A stretch of DNA of 63,890 nucleotides, filler included, from Platydemus manokwari (lineage: Eukaryota), in assembly GCA_037951405.1 (NCBI GenBank). It is 6 parts of 6 records of this genome, joined end to end, with 100 filler letters (N's around TTAATTAATTAA, not from the genome) between each part and the next. Parts side by side here need not be neighbours in the genome. Positions count along the whole stretch, not along the records: positions 29,444 to 44,197 come from JBBMOY011400313.1; positions 44,298 to 55,164 come from JBBMOY011099552.1; 4 more parts are not named here. One strand, written 5' to 3'. Positions 36,001 through 49,600 of the stretch are shown here, piece after piece. Positions within the stretch are counted from its first letter, which is position 1, and each line of letters starts with the position of its first letter. The position numbers and the translations under genes are program-made. The notes below the pieces were generated by a model. That model had not been told where the DNA came from, made no database searches, and was given only the letters and a program-made list of their open reading frames with translations.

Positions 36001-39000
36001 AATTACATAAGGCCATCAGATTGAGAATCTTTAGTAGTGGTTTTGTTACACTCTGTCGTTTGTTTATTAAAGAATGCATCATATATTGTCTATTTTAAGT
36101 CTTAATTCTATCCAGATAACAATACAATACTCCACTTCCTAACTGCCAAATTTTTAGGAAGTTGAAAAATTATTATAGAAAAATTCTCCTAGCTGCCGGT
36201 TCTGCTAACCGGCGCCTTTTAAAAAAAATATTTTAATGATATATTTTTGACATGATAACGTTGTTTTAGTATTAATTGTTTATGAAAAATTATTCATTGG
36301 ACCTAATTTAAGGATAAATGAAAGTGTAAAGTTAGCTGTTGTTGAAAATATTGAAATTTTGAAGTACATTGAATCTCATTGAATATTCAGATAACAGAGT
36401 AGCCGAGATTTTCTCAGGTAAATTTAAAAAAGAGTTTTTAAGAAGAACTATCAATGATATCAGAAGAAACAAAGATTTTTTGATTCACAATGCTGATCTT
36501 GTACACAAAAGTGGTTGACAAATTATCATTTTAAAGTTTAATTATTTATACATAAAATTGAAGAGAGAGGTGCTATCATTACGGATAATATAATAAAAGA
36601 AAAGGCAGTTCAAACAGCTGATTTAAAGATTCTACATCAAGTCAGTTCATCCAAACGTTAACAGCCGAGAATTTATAAAATTACACAAAATTCAGATATA
36701 TATATTTATTAAAAAACAGCATCTTTATTGCAAGAATCGATGATGAATTTTCTTGTCTCTCATTATCAAATACATTGCCCAAACAGTATTATTCATCACA
36801 TAGAGAATAAATTAACAAAAATCGTTAAAGAACATTCGATAATAAGTATAGCCAATTGGATCAATTAGCAGAATAGAAACCCTATCAAGAAAATTCATCG
36901 AATAAAATGAAATAATCTAATGATGATCTAGCTATGGATAATTTTATTTTATACTCTCTACTCAAACAGAATAATTTCACCATCAGTTATATTCAATCAG
37001 TATTTGTCTGAAATTTTTTTAATAATAACTACAAAAATTCCACCCAGCTTCAAATACGACTCAAGAATCAGATATTCAGTCATTGCGACAATTGGAATTA
37101 CAACACATTAATTATTATTTTCAGACCAATATATCGATGGAAAAATGTGAAGAAATTGATTTTCTAGTTTGGATGTCATTGATTTATGTAAGTGAAAAAT
37201 AAAATGAAATATCAAGTAAAAGCGTTGAAAATTAAAACGTGGCAGAACGTGATAGGGCCGATCGAAATAAGAAAAATATCTGATAGTCGTTAATTAATAT
37301 TTCAATGCTTCTGTTCCAGAAGTTGAAAGCATTTAATTTTCCAAAAATCAGTTAAGGAGCAAGGAATGATTCATAAAACTCTAATCTTTCAATCATAACA
37401 TAGTATTATCATGATGATTTTTATATTTTTAGCTATATCATTTAATATTACAAACTGTAATATAAATGCTATACTGTTCAAATATGGCCGGAAATATTGG
37501 ATTGTAATGAAAAATCTTTATTTACTTCTTTAAATCAACTTCATTGCCCTCAAAATAATCCACTTTCAACACAATACACGTGATAATGGAAAAATGTGAA
37601 TGGAATTGTAGATGAAAAATTCTCAAAGAGCCAATGCAGTAGGCGATAGTGCATTATTTTGTTATCTAGTGACGAAAAATGTCACGAAAATGGCACATAA
37701 CACCCAAATAATATTCCCTGAAACAGTTTGACTCATTTCATAAGGTACACCACTGCGAAATTTGAAGAAAACTCTTGACATTACCTTGATTTTTGAGCGA
37801 TTTTTAATTGATTATTTTAAAACATAGCTCATCATTTTCACAATATTTATTTGATTGGTCGGTTTTATCCGGGTTGAAACATAAGATAAAAATATCATCT
37901 CACATAATAATTTGTTTCAAAACCTGCGGATAGCCAGAACTCATTGTTTATAGGCATTAGCACTGCAAGGGAGATTCGTAAATGAAAATGTGATATGTAA
38001 TACGTGTATGTATGTTTATTTGATTGTATGTTGATTAGTTATTACGCAATTGTCAGTTACTACGATCCAATTAACCCCCCCCCCAATGTTATTTCATCAG
38101 AAATAAGATTGTAATTGTTTTAAATAAATTATTCCATATCAAAAGTCTTATTATTAACAAACACTATGCACTTTCAAAGGGTTTTTACTCGCTTTGGGAA
38201 CAAAACATCAATTAAAATGGTATGGAGTATTCCAAATGAAATATTCACAGTATCACCAAAGTCATTTATTATCAATCGAGTATTTTGGAGGCATAAATCT
38301 TTGACGTTCTATGGATCAGTTTATGGTCATATCGGCTGTGATTCGTCACCTACATGTTTTCGATAGACTTAGAACATTCTATACTATCTCTTTTCGAAGA
38401 CCTTCTGTAACACCTTCAGCGTCTTTGCAGCAGAGATTTCATTCACAAACAAAATTTAATAAGACTTCTTTGCTCCATAAAACCAGACATTGTAATATCG
38501 AAAAACACCTTTGCTTTAATAATGACGGGTGTAGTTTTAACCAATGAAAATGTTCACATGAAATTTGACATTGACTCTATAGACAGCACTGGTAACATAA
38601 AAATTATTTGTACGAATCGATAAACCTCCGAATTCAAAGTTGAAAATTCTGATATATAATTATAAAAACTTGAACTAAATTGTCGTATTAAAAATATAAT
38701 ATTTCTAGTGGCGAAGATAAATAATAATATTGAAAGAAAATAGTCCCGAAAAAATATTCATAAATTTCGATATCAAAGAAAAGTAAATGTAAGCTAGAAA
38801 CTGAAGAGATTTCTAATACTTTATGTATTACACTTGAAAGCTGAGAAGCCAGATATTATATAATATTGGGATTTAAAAGAAAATCGGACAAATTAATCCA
38901 TCAAAGGATTTTCAATAAAATGCGCGTTAGACAACAACAGGCAGAAAATCAAAGCAAAATATCAATTAAATCGGAAGCAATTTGAGTCTAGGGTTTTTGA

Positions 39001-42000
39001 AATTTGACTACGAAATGAATTTTCAAATACATCATCTCATTTTGCAAACAGCTGTGAAGTGGGTTGGTTGTACGTGGGTAAAAAAATATTCGCACGGAGA
39101 AATGAATGGAAACAATCGTATCTTCCATTATTATAATTGACAAGAAAAAAAATCTCAATTTCAAATGAGACAGTGGTAATATATTTCATATCAATGCGCT
39201 GATCATATGGGATAGAAAACAATATTATTGAAATATTATTCCAATAAATATCCAGCATTTTATTACTTCGGAATTTTCCGACTTATCACTTTATGAAATC
39301 AGTCTAAGTTCGTACGCAAGAATAAATTAAAGTTTATCAAATAAAATACCATTATTTGTTAACGATAAACTAAAAAGGACTCATTTTAGCCCACACTAAT
39401 TTATCAAGAAAGAGACAGAGAGAGCGCGAGAGGAACAAGATTGAAATCTATATCTGAACATTTCCTAGACTGTATTAATTTAGAGACATATTTGATAATA
39501 ACGATTTCTGGACACCAGAGTCGTGCGTATTTTTCCAATAAATCAAATCGTCTATTTTTACAGTAAAAATTTCCGTTACAAAATACACTGAAAAATTTAA
39601 AAAATTATTGAAATTCCAAAAAATTATCACCTGGTACCAAATCCAAGAACCAGTCGAATTTTGACTTTATACTGAACGATTATACCCAAATTCTCTTTGT
39701 TTGTGTTTTCATTGATTCTGTAAAAGAACGAAAATCAAATCCAAACAATAACATCACACGAACAAGGTTATTATACATGAAATATAAATATCGAAAACAA
39801 ACAAGATTCGCTTCTCGCTTTAAAATAATTAATAAGATATTCCAAAATAGAAACAAACCACCGATATTACTTTCGAGGAATAGAGGGATTTAAAAAAAGT
39901 GGGACATTAGTCATTGAAACTTAAGATTTCGACATAAACTCATTGACAGTGTGATTCATTGAATCACGCACATATAAACTGAAGGAATTCATTATTTTAT
40001 TGGCGTATATTTAGAAATAAAAAATCAACCAAAAGAGCAAAGAAGTCGGTATCAACAGGAATTTGAAAAGAAACCATTTCACAATGTTATCTCGATATTT
40101 TATAATATTATTATATTAATTATTACTGTCATTCTTATTATCTTATTCAATTAATGTATTAATTATGATTATAATATTACAAATAAATAACCACACGAGT
40201 TCTGGTAAACCAAATGAAAATAATATTCAACATTATATCTGGCTGTGGAGTGCACTTAAAAATTAAAACCACTTCATATTGTTATGTGACACACAAATGA
40301 TTCATTGCTACAAATATTCTCCCCTACATATAATTCGTAAACAGTGGTTTAATTTCTCAGATGATATACGTATAAGGGTATTTTGTTGTTCTAATTTTGT
40401 GCTTTCATGAAGTCTACAATCAATTCAATGAGTAATAGAAGAACATAGGAATCAATGAAATCCGAAAATGACATGGATTAGAAAATCTAATACAATTGTT
40501 TCAAACATGATTAACATGAAAAATTATGAGTGTGCATAATAAAAACAAAATTAGTCCTCGAGTTTCATTTAATTGTCGAATTAAAATAACGATTTCAAAT
40601 CGATGTGCGATCTGATTTATATATAAATTTGAATTTGGAAAAATCTTCCCAATCAACATATGGATTTTTTTTATCATTGTTCGGGGATCATTGTGTGAAA
40701 AAGCCCATTAATTTCCAGCTACATTGAAACCATTTCCGGAATATTGACTTATTCTATTGTTTCGAATCTCTCCCGTTGTTTAATATAACTTATGAAAATT
40801 ATTCTTCTCGTATGCATTTTTATGTATAATAAATTTTCATTTGAACGAGTTGCAAAAATTAAGGAGTCCCAGAAAATTAGTTTCCTTTTTATCTGGAAAT
40901 GAAACACATACAGTCACATATCGATATTATGTGAGAAAAGAATTGTTAATGAAAATGTTATCCTCTAATCCATCATAAATGATATTTTTCTAAAAGGGAA
41001 AGTCAATGAAAATATCTGCAATACAAGAAATGAGTTTTAGCATAAAACTCGCGAATTATTATTACCGTACTTCTGCAGATAAAAACCATGCCGTTGATAT
41101 AAATAAATTCATCGTAAATATTCATCCTAATAATTTTTCTCAGCACAATTATGCAATCCTCATATTTTTTTCTATTGGTTTGAGATTGAATCAAATTCTC
41201 CTAATTTATAAATGCCATATTTATCCAAATAAAAACGAATTTTTTAAAAATAAAATTGTACATTCTAATGATAGAAAGAATGTTCTATCGACGGATATGT
41301 CCAGAATGAATTAACTACAACAATATTTCGATTAAATTAAATTGTGTATTTTAAGGTTATTTCTTTTTGTAAAATATATTTCTGATTAGGATATTTGACA
41401 ACTATAGCGTTTGATTTGTCCAATATAATCAAAAGTATTTTGTTATATCGAACTAGGCCAGTAAAACATCAATTAATATCAATACTTAGGTAATAACACT
41501 ATCTACTCGAGCAGGTCATGTGATCTTCATGAAGTTACATTATACACGCACAAACACACACACACGTATATATAGATCGATCTTGTGATCAATTCAACTT
41601 ACATAGTCGATGACGCCAGATTAGTATCTTCGTGTTTCAATTTCCCATCGAGTGCAAGACCCCTTTTGTCTCGATTGTTGCTTAGCAAGGGACAGACTTT
41701 ATAAACTTTACACCAACCGGTTTGACTGGAATAGATTGGAAATCCATCTCTGAATAAATGAGAAAATTGAAAATCAATATTTGAAAACAATCTCCAATTC
41801 CATCGCAACCAATATCACAACAACCGTGACAACCAATGTAACCACAACAACCCCAATAAAAGCAAAACCAACATAAGAAACTTACTCAAATTCCATCTCA
41901 TCAACTAAACATTTATAACTGGCAGCATTATACAGACATATATCGGCATGCTGGCGCACTGAATGATTACAACAATCAATACCAAATCAAAAATGAAAAA

Positions 42001-42243
42001 CAACATAAAAATAATGGTTTTTTCACTATTATAAAATAAAAAAAAACAACAGCAACGGTAACAGAAAAAAACTTCTACAATTGCGATTTACAGCAATCAA
42101 ATATTGACTTAGAGCATAACACGAGATATATAAATATTTACATAATAATAATCAACAATCGAAAACTCACTCGAATTCCTTATCCTCAACAGAGCATGAA
42201 TACATGGCTCTGTTAAACAATACAATGTTGGCAAGTTGGACAA
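33094..42243 (-). CDS. arrb: Beta-arrestin, partial (exons 42243-42171, 41749-41603, 39717-39631, 33324-33094); 5' exons and terminal exon not found in this contig
   Basis: Phase-consistent GT-AG joins give [19 protein letters not shown] / [42 protein letters not shown] / [25 protein letters not shown] / [16 protein letters not shown]...DLIQLDT, ending in the clathrin box L-phi-x-phi-D. Confidence 0.95.
34482..34855. repeat. Imperfect inverted repeat, MITE-like element in an arrestin intron; second partial copy at 5890-6045
   Basis: 34482-34590 pairs with 34745-34855 (e.g. ATTTAACCAATAAAGA / TCTTTATTGGTTAAAT). CTTGT.CGATAGAAAATAATATTTATTTAACCAATAAAGAAAA is shared with 5890. Confidence 0.8.
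36280..37190 (+). mobile_element. Decayed Penelope-like element RT, apparently interrupted at about 36695-37050
   Basis: QPRIYK/LHKI at about 36662-36694 (cf. PLE PxLYGLPKIHK) and FSSLDVIDL at about 37160-37187 (cf. SLDVxSLY), in the expected order. Confidence 0.55.
38160..38480 (-). mobile_element. Mariner-like transposase N-terminal remnant
   Basis: [10 protein letters not shown] (cf. EQRxxIKFC) and, further on, [17 protein letters not shown] (second HTH), with frameshifts. Confidence 0.7.
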
Positions 42244-43699
42244 CTATGTAGGAATGATTTTAATCAACAAACATAACTTACACATTAAAATGTTTAATGA
42301 TAAATTAATGAGTTACGAAAACGAAAATGTCACAGAAACAATACATTTTCAATTCTAAAGATCAAATTAAGTTTGTTAATTAAAACAAGAATCGTTTCAA
42401 GACAAAAAAGCTATGAACAAAGATATACACATCGCAACAATGGAAGTCTTGATGATGATCTTGCCATGTTATCATTTTGAGATTTATTTTAAATCGATTG
42501 ATTGCCATGTCTCTGTATGGGAAATGATCAATGGTAAACTCAAAACAATTCTTGTAATCATTAATGAGAAATTCGCCTTTATTTTTATAAGACAAAATGT
42601 TGAAATAAAATATTATTACTTAATGACCTTGAAATACATACGGGGGAAGAATATTTTATTGATTCCCCTTGCTAATCAATTGGGATCAATCACATTAAAA
42701 AAAGATTTTTTTAAAAATAAAATGTGAAAGATATGCCTAATATGAAATCAAAATCTAATTAAAACAAATGATTAAAATGTGATGCAGTAATAATGATGGT
42801 GACTAAAGTGATTGTAGGGCATAATCTATCAATAAACGAATTATAAAATGGTGAAGATATCTGATATTCTGAAATAGATTTCATAAACATTTTATTATTA
42901 ACGGATCAATGCATTTGTTAAATTTGCCAAAAATATGAAATTAAATTAAGAAAATACTTTATATTTTTGCTGGAGAACTCAGAGTCAACAATTTTTTTTT
43001 ATTTAACATTTGCTATTTAGATATGAAAATATTTTATTATGCAGGACTAGCTTGTTTGCGCGACATTTAGTCATGGTTCGTACAAAAATAATCTGGAAAA
43101 CTTTGAAAATCTTATCGGGTTGTCCAAGGATTGCGGATTGCATATAAAATCTTATAAGTTCTAATTTAAATAAGGCCAAATACGAATTGGAGTGTTTGGA
43201 TGACATTATTATCAATAATTTAATAACTAATTTATAAAGCAGATATCGATATAATTTACATGAACACCATAATCATAGGTCAAATAAATGCATTGTAACT
43301 GCATCATTATAATAGATATGTATTCGTGTGAATCACGCGTGCCTTATACATGAAGTGCGCCTTTAAAATGAAACTAATTCAAACATCTGGCTCATAATAT
43401 GACATTTATAATAATAAAAATAAATTAAAACATTATTTCAAAAAACCGAATTGCATTTCCAATAATTGTTTATCATAATTGTAAATCAATATTGCATTGA
43501 TATATTAACAAGTTTATTAATTTAAAGAAATACGATTTATTAATTTATGTACAATATTAACAAACCAGAAGCGATTACTATCAGAGGATTGCCAGTCGTG
43601 ACTTCAAAATCAGTATTATTATTTAACCCACACAGAATACAAAAACAATTTTTCTTGTTTGAAAAACTATTTGAATTGTTTTTAAAATAGAAGATAGAA

Positions 43700-44125
43700 A
43701 TATATAATGTCCATATAGAATTGGATGAATTCTCTTATATGGTGTTGTTTCACCTATTACAGTTCTTAAAAAGTTAAAATAAATTACAAGATATTTGTCT
43801 GATTTATTTCCAACCTAGTTATACGAAATTTGACAAAAACAATTGTGTTGTAAGTGTTAATTGCCAAAAATTCTTCGTCTTTAATTTTTAAATCAAAAGT
43901 CATGTTTTCGCAAGTACAGAAAAAATATGTTCTCAATACATCCATTGTCAAAAACAAATTTTATAATATTTAAAATTTATTTCCACCTGATTTTTTTCTT
44001 TTTTAATTCAAATAAAATGCTCACATTTTTATATTACATCTTTACTTTTTATTTAAAATTACTGAAAGAGGTTAACAGTCATTTTTTAAGCAAGATCATT
44101 TTATAAATATCAATGTTATATTTAT
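43700..44125 (-). repeat. Copy of the Gypsy-linked accessory repeat (see 29444-29900)
   Basis: Minus strand reads MDVLRTYFFCTCENMTFDLKIKDEEFLAINTYN. The upstream tract is collinear with 29540-29745. Confidence 0.75.
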
Positions 44126-44197
44126 TAGGTCATCCGAAAAGTAATGTCCGTTTTTTATTAAAAGAATAAAATTGAAAAAGATTTTGATTGAGATTTA
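44123..44197. mobile_element. Mariner-type terminal inverted repeat at the contig end
   Basis: TA-TTAGGTCATCCGAAAAGTAAT resembles the mariner TIR at 20189. Confidence 0.6.
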
Positions 44198-44297
44198 NNN
44201 NNNNNNNNNNNNNNNNNNNNNNNNNNNNNNNNNNNNNNNNNTTAATTAATTAANNNNNNNNNNNNNNNNNNNNNNNNNNNNNNNNNNNNNNNNNNNN
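44198..44297. other. Artificial contig linker
   Basis: N44-TTAATTAATTAA-N44. Confidence 0.98.
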
Positions 44298-45030
44298 GTC
44301 AGTGTACACACTATAGTTGTTGGCTCACTAGGCTCGGTCCCGCAAAAGACATTGAATGTCTTGAAAGTGCTCGGGTTAAACGATATAAATATCAAGATTC
44401 TTAGCAAACTTATGTCTGCTTCGAACATTAGACAGCCCGCTTGGATCTGGCATCATCATCAAACGGGGGTATTAATCAACATGAAAGAGGGGGAAAATCT
44501 ACCAATTAGGGGAGATACCCAATTTTGTGATGGTTTTGGTATATCAGCCATTAACCATGATCCAATGACTTTCAAAAACTTATGATATTAAATCTAAATC
44601 TGGTAAAAACATTGATTGGTTTACAACGAATATTAGGTTGTATTTTAATGATACAAATTCTCTCTTTTGATTTTAAATTCATAGGTGGGAAAGCTAAAAA
44701 TTGGTTTTAATGCCTTGGGTAGAATACAGTCAGTCGAGCATCGAAACTTGGAAAAACAAATACGCGGAGGATAAAGGTGGAATCTCAAAAAGGAATATGA
44801 ACTCATGATGAGGCTAATAAAGTCAATCACAATGAGTAATCCAATCCAACTTCTACGAAGCCGGTCGACCAGTCTAGCCTTCACTTCTGTTTTTATTCTT
44901 CTGTTCGGTTATTTGGAGATCAGTTCCATTCTAGCAATTTAGCTCATACCCGATGATGGGACTAGCTTATTCTAAACAAAGGAGCTGCCTTAGGTCATGC
45001 AACCCACTTTCTCAAGACTGGTCGAACCTC
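44298..45030 (+). mobile_element. Decayed non-LTR retrotransposon RT (R2/R4-like)
   Basis: GSVPQ (cf. FDSVPH), then VLKVLGLNDINIKILSKLM, then a frameshifted INMKRG..YQ..GD (cf. IKRGIFQGD). GC content is above background. Confidence 0.5.
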
Positions 45031-46329
45031 AAAACCAAATGAAAAATATTATGTAATATAATAAATATTTAAATAAATAGGGGAAGCACTCCTGGATTCT
45101 GATACAAAGGTAATAGAGCTAGAAGCCGTTGAAAAGGAAAATACTTGAAATAAGGGTTATAATGGAAATTATCGAAACCAGTGAAACAAAGGAAATAGAA
45201 GAAATAGAAGACGATGAAGCGATGAGGATCGAAATGTATGCAATAATGATAGGAATAGTTTCGACATTAAACGAGAAAGCATAACAGGTGGCGTACAGAA
45301 TCAACGATTCAATCAGAGAAAAAAGAAAATAGCCCATGATTTTATATGGATAAAATTAACAAATATGGAAAAGGCAATGTTGTTATTGTCAAGAATATGG
45401 ACATCGAGAAAGGACATGATAATAATAACTGTAAAGTAAATAATCCATCATCTCACAAATCCATTTATAGTCTATTAAAGTTATTAAACAATGAAAGTGA
45501 TTGTTCGTGTATTGATTGTAAAAAGAAGCATTTAATTCTGTCTATAATGATTTTATCGCTGATAATAATTATTGCTATATCTCATGTTATGCTAGGCCGT
45601 AATTTCATTATTGTTTACTCTACCGATATATATATATATATATTGCATATTATTGACAATTATAATTCGAATTCTTATGCTTTAGGGTGTTTGGTTTACT
45701 CTGATTTATTTTTTTTTAATTTTATTCATCGTTATTGAGGTCTTTATCGATCTATAGAGTTAGTCTGAGCCCTATGTAGTAAAAAAATTTTATGTTTTTC
45801 TTTCGCCTCAACGTTCTCAACTTTTGTGAAGATTACTTGAAAGGCAGATATAACGATTTTTTAACTTGTTTCCTGTTTATTATATTGTCTTGACGATGTT
45901 ATTTTTTTTCTTGCCAGTCTCAATTGATTTAATAACCCACTGGGTCAACTTCATTGAACATTTAGTGATGCATTTGTGAATACTAAAAGCTAAATGAATT
46001 TATTGTGGCAGAAATTCCATGGAAATAATTCCTCATTAGCAGAGAAAAATGTATAACTATTTTATTCATTGAATGCATGAATATTTCTTTCCAGCTGGTT
46101 TTTTATTAACTTGATTATTTCATCGATAAAGTCAATTTATGAATTTTTTTAATAAATTGATTTATTATATGGTAGGGTTTTAATTGGTTTAATTTAATTA
46201 TATTATTAAACTGGTTATTATTGATTAATAATTTATATTGTATTATATTTCTATTTAAGTCAGAATTAAAAATGTAAGCGAAATTAAGTCAGTTAATATT
46301 ATTTCAAAAGAATATAGCGCAGTAATAAT

Positions 46330-46700
46330 ATATAGTAGTAAGAAATTAGAATGCAAATTTGGTTTTCCAGTCCATTTAAAGTTAGATAAAAGATTTGAAT
46401 ATGAAATCGGTTTAAGCCCTATAATTGTTTATAATTCTGTAGATAATATTAATGATGATAATAATTCTTTTAAATATGAAAATAAATTATATAAAATCAG
46501 ACCAGCTATTAGATAAATCCCTGATATAAATAAAAGTATACAAAAAATAGTTAAGGAGTGTAAATTTAATGAAATTACACAAGTTGGTAGTAATAAAACT
46601 TTAAAATAAAAATGGAACACGATAAAGCCGCTTTAAAATGCAAACTTATTACAAAAGGACTTGTAAAATTTATTTCTTTAGGATCTGTTTTAGGATTTAA
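46330..46700 (+). mobile_element. Polinton/Maverick (adintovirus-like) minor capsid (penton) gene remnant
   Basis: FPVHLKLDKRFEYEIGLSPIIVYNSVDNINDDNNSFKY...IRPAIR*IPDINKSI...ALKCKL...SLGSVLGF follows the Polinton penton pattern PI.L..YEIGL..YNSIPNI..NN.F.Y..IP.G.YEI.DIN..TLKC..S...LLGF (pattern recalled and matched by eye). Confidence 0.7.
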
Positions 46701-49189
46701 AAATAATAAAAGATTTTTTCAGGAACATTTTTAAAAAATATATCTTTGAGTTTAATGAAGATGAATTATCACTAAGATTACACATGAAATGAGCATAAAC
46801 AAGTTTAATTTCAATTTTTCATGAAATTAGATTTAATAAATTTTCTAGCTAAATAAGGAATTAATAAAACAACTAATTTTGATTTAAAAGATATCGCTGA
46901 TAATTTAAACTTAGACGTTGAAATTATTAGGAGAGATGAGCTAACAAGGTCAATTTATCAATTTGTGATTATTAAATAGCATGTTTATTAGAACCAATTC
47001 TTGTAATATCTCTACGATCGTTTTTATTAATAAATAAACATTACTTAAACAAGTCGATATTCATTTCTTTATCAATGGCCTATTTTTAATTCCTTTATTT
47101 GTAATTTTGAGTTTGCCATTATATAAACTATGACCGAGGCTCTGCTTAAAGCAATTTCGACCTTTTAGGGATCCATTCTTTGAAAATTTTGACATTTAAT
47201 TTTTCGTTAAATTTCCAGGGCTTTATTATTTATTTCATTTTATAATGGGTGATCTTTATTTAAATCTGAGAAATCAAATTCATTCTTTAAATTTTCATCA
47301 CTGTTAATGTTCTTTCTTCCCAAAGAAAACATTTTCCATAATTTTCCAGATATCTTTTTCATGTTCACCTGTTCCAAGTATTCTTAGATTTTTTTTATTG
47401 AATATATTGCTTTAATCAATATTTCTGAAAACACATTATTTTTCTATTTAGCTTTGTTATTTTCATCCCCACTTTCAAATCAAGTTGTGAGTTTCTATTT
47501 TCCCACCAAATGGATATAAATGGGCCAATATTGAATACAAGGAATATTTATTGTCATAATTTTCTACATTTATTATGAGCATTGATGCTTTGAAATCGAG
47601 GAGAATGAAGTGTCTGTTCATGTATATGGGCTCAGACTTGAATAAATCTAATATTTATTTTACATAAAAGATTTATTCACGAGGGGTGGGAAAATACCTC
47701 ATCTGTACGGTCTCACTCAAGAGATTACATTTACAAAATGATATACATTAGCAAACTAACAATCAACAAATATTTACAATTTTTATTAAAATAAAACCAA
47801 CAATTTAAAATTATTTATTGATATACAACAAAATGTGTAGATTCTTCCCGAATGAAGAAATATCTTGGTACAAACATATAATTGAAGGCTTAAATATTGT
47901 TGTAGAAATTGTCGATAAATGTTTTGAAAGTGCCAAATATAATAATGGGCATCGAAAACATGGTTTCTGATTGTTAGAGTTGATTTTTGGTTTTTTAATC
48001 TAAAATTGAATGTTTTGTAAAAATTTCATTAAAGAAGATTACAAATAATTTTTATATCAAATAATTCACGAAAAGTCATTACTTTAAATTGGGTTAAAGG
48101 ACCCTTATTCTTAACTTAAGCCGATGTTTTTAATTAAAATTTGTTTCTTAAGAAATTTAATTTAGAAATTTAAAATGAAAACAAGGTTAAAAAGACTGTA
48201 TAAAACGATGAAAAATTAGGTTGTGAATGTAGCTTTGAGTTTAATAAGGTTGAAAGTGTAGATTAGAATATAGTGGAGTTAGATGTTTAATTTATTAAAA
48301 TAAAGTAGTTAAAAACTTTTAAAGATATTCTAAAAGTATAAAAGAGAGATAAACATGCAGTTATATTTTAAATTTACTTAAATAACTAAGTTAAATAGAA
48401 TTTGTTTAAGTTACTTAAAGTAATTTTAACATTTATTAAAAATTTAGTATTTTAAGTGTATTAAATCAGTATTGTTGTTATATAATGAGGGAGATATTTG
48501 GTTAGGAAAAACAATTTATGTGGATTTTATATTTTAGTAGTGGTTGTTAGAAGGGACTATTTTATCAGTGACATGTCTAGGTGTATTGATTTTAATGTGA
48601 TCACTAAGTAAAAGTCACACTTTTCATTTCATCAAATAAATATTTAATTTGCGTTTGCTGACAATCCTGGTCACTAACTGGTACTTGACTTAATATGGTA
48701 CTTGCTATTACTGCTAATTTGGATATCGATGCCTTTCTTCTTTCCTTCATATCTTATAATGAATAACATGTTCCTTCAAAATATATTATTATTATTATGG
48801 TTACTATTATTCCTCCTACTGATAATATAACCGTATTTAACACTGTTATAGCCTTTTCTTCAATTTGACATTTCTGTTGTTAATCATCGCTTTCCTTGAT
48901 ATATTTTCCTTTTTGTTTGTGATAATTCTATTATCTCACTTTACTTCTTTCTGTATTTGTCTCTTTCTCTAGAATATGTTTCTATTTTTCTGTTCAAATT
49001 TTGATATTTATTCTTCATCTTTAAGTATTATTCTTGGTAATTTCTTCTTCCAATTATTATGCCTTCTTTTTCATACTTTATACTTCTTTCTTCACTGTTA
49101 GTCATTCATTTGTATGGCATTGTACTTCTTATTACATAACTACTCTTGGAATTTCTTTTCCATCTTTACCACATATTTTTTGATATCCG

Positions 49190-49600
49190 TTTTATTTCAT
49201 AAACGTTTATTTTAAAATTATTGTTCTTTTCAAATTTTTTTAATCTCATTTAATGGTGTGGGGAATGTTATTCCTTCAAAATTTAATTTATCAAAATGTT
49301 TTAACATGACCTGGTCTACAAGAAACATTTGCTGTCCTAGTTTTGAACATTTACTGCATTATTAGAGACAAAAGGTAAAGGCATATAATTACTTACAGAT
49401 AACGCATTTATCTTTGAAATGTTAATTTTTAAGTTTTCTAATTCAAATATAACCACTGCCTTCAACAATTAACAAATCATCATCTATTTTCTGTGGAAAA
49501 TCTTTGATTGATTGTAATAATTTATCTTCATGAATTGGATCTTCTCCTAATTTTATTGTTTAATTTGAACTTAATAGTATAGTAATATAATCATATTCAT
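49190..49600 (-). mobile_element. Polinton/Maverick protein-primed DNA polymerase B, N-terminal region remnant
   Basis: EGSGYI..LENLKINISKINALSVSNYMPLP..AVNVQN*DSKCFL..LNFEGITFPTPLNEIKKFEKNNNFKINVYE matches the Polinton PolB block EGSGW..L.INI.KY.PL.GSSYI.LP..INV.N.DN.CF..LNF.GI.FP..L.DI.KFEK.N..INVY. Confidence 0.82.

Noticed and set aside
13947-42243. cdc25, BCKDHA and beta-arrestin all on the minus strand as a possible gene cluster
   Set aside because: Each lies on a different contig joined by artificial linkers, and the functions are unrelated.
45119-45738. Hydrophobic ORFs (72 and 130 aa) as membrane proteins
   Set aside because: I/L/F richness is expected from AT-rich DNA, the 72-aa ORF is the antisense shadow of a purine-rich tract, and neither has a recognisable domain.
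47110-47680. Minus-strand protease-like ILLDFKASM and knuckle-like CFKQSLGH fragments
   Set aside because: Motifs are degenerate and in the wrong order for gag-pro; cannot be assigned.
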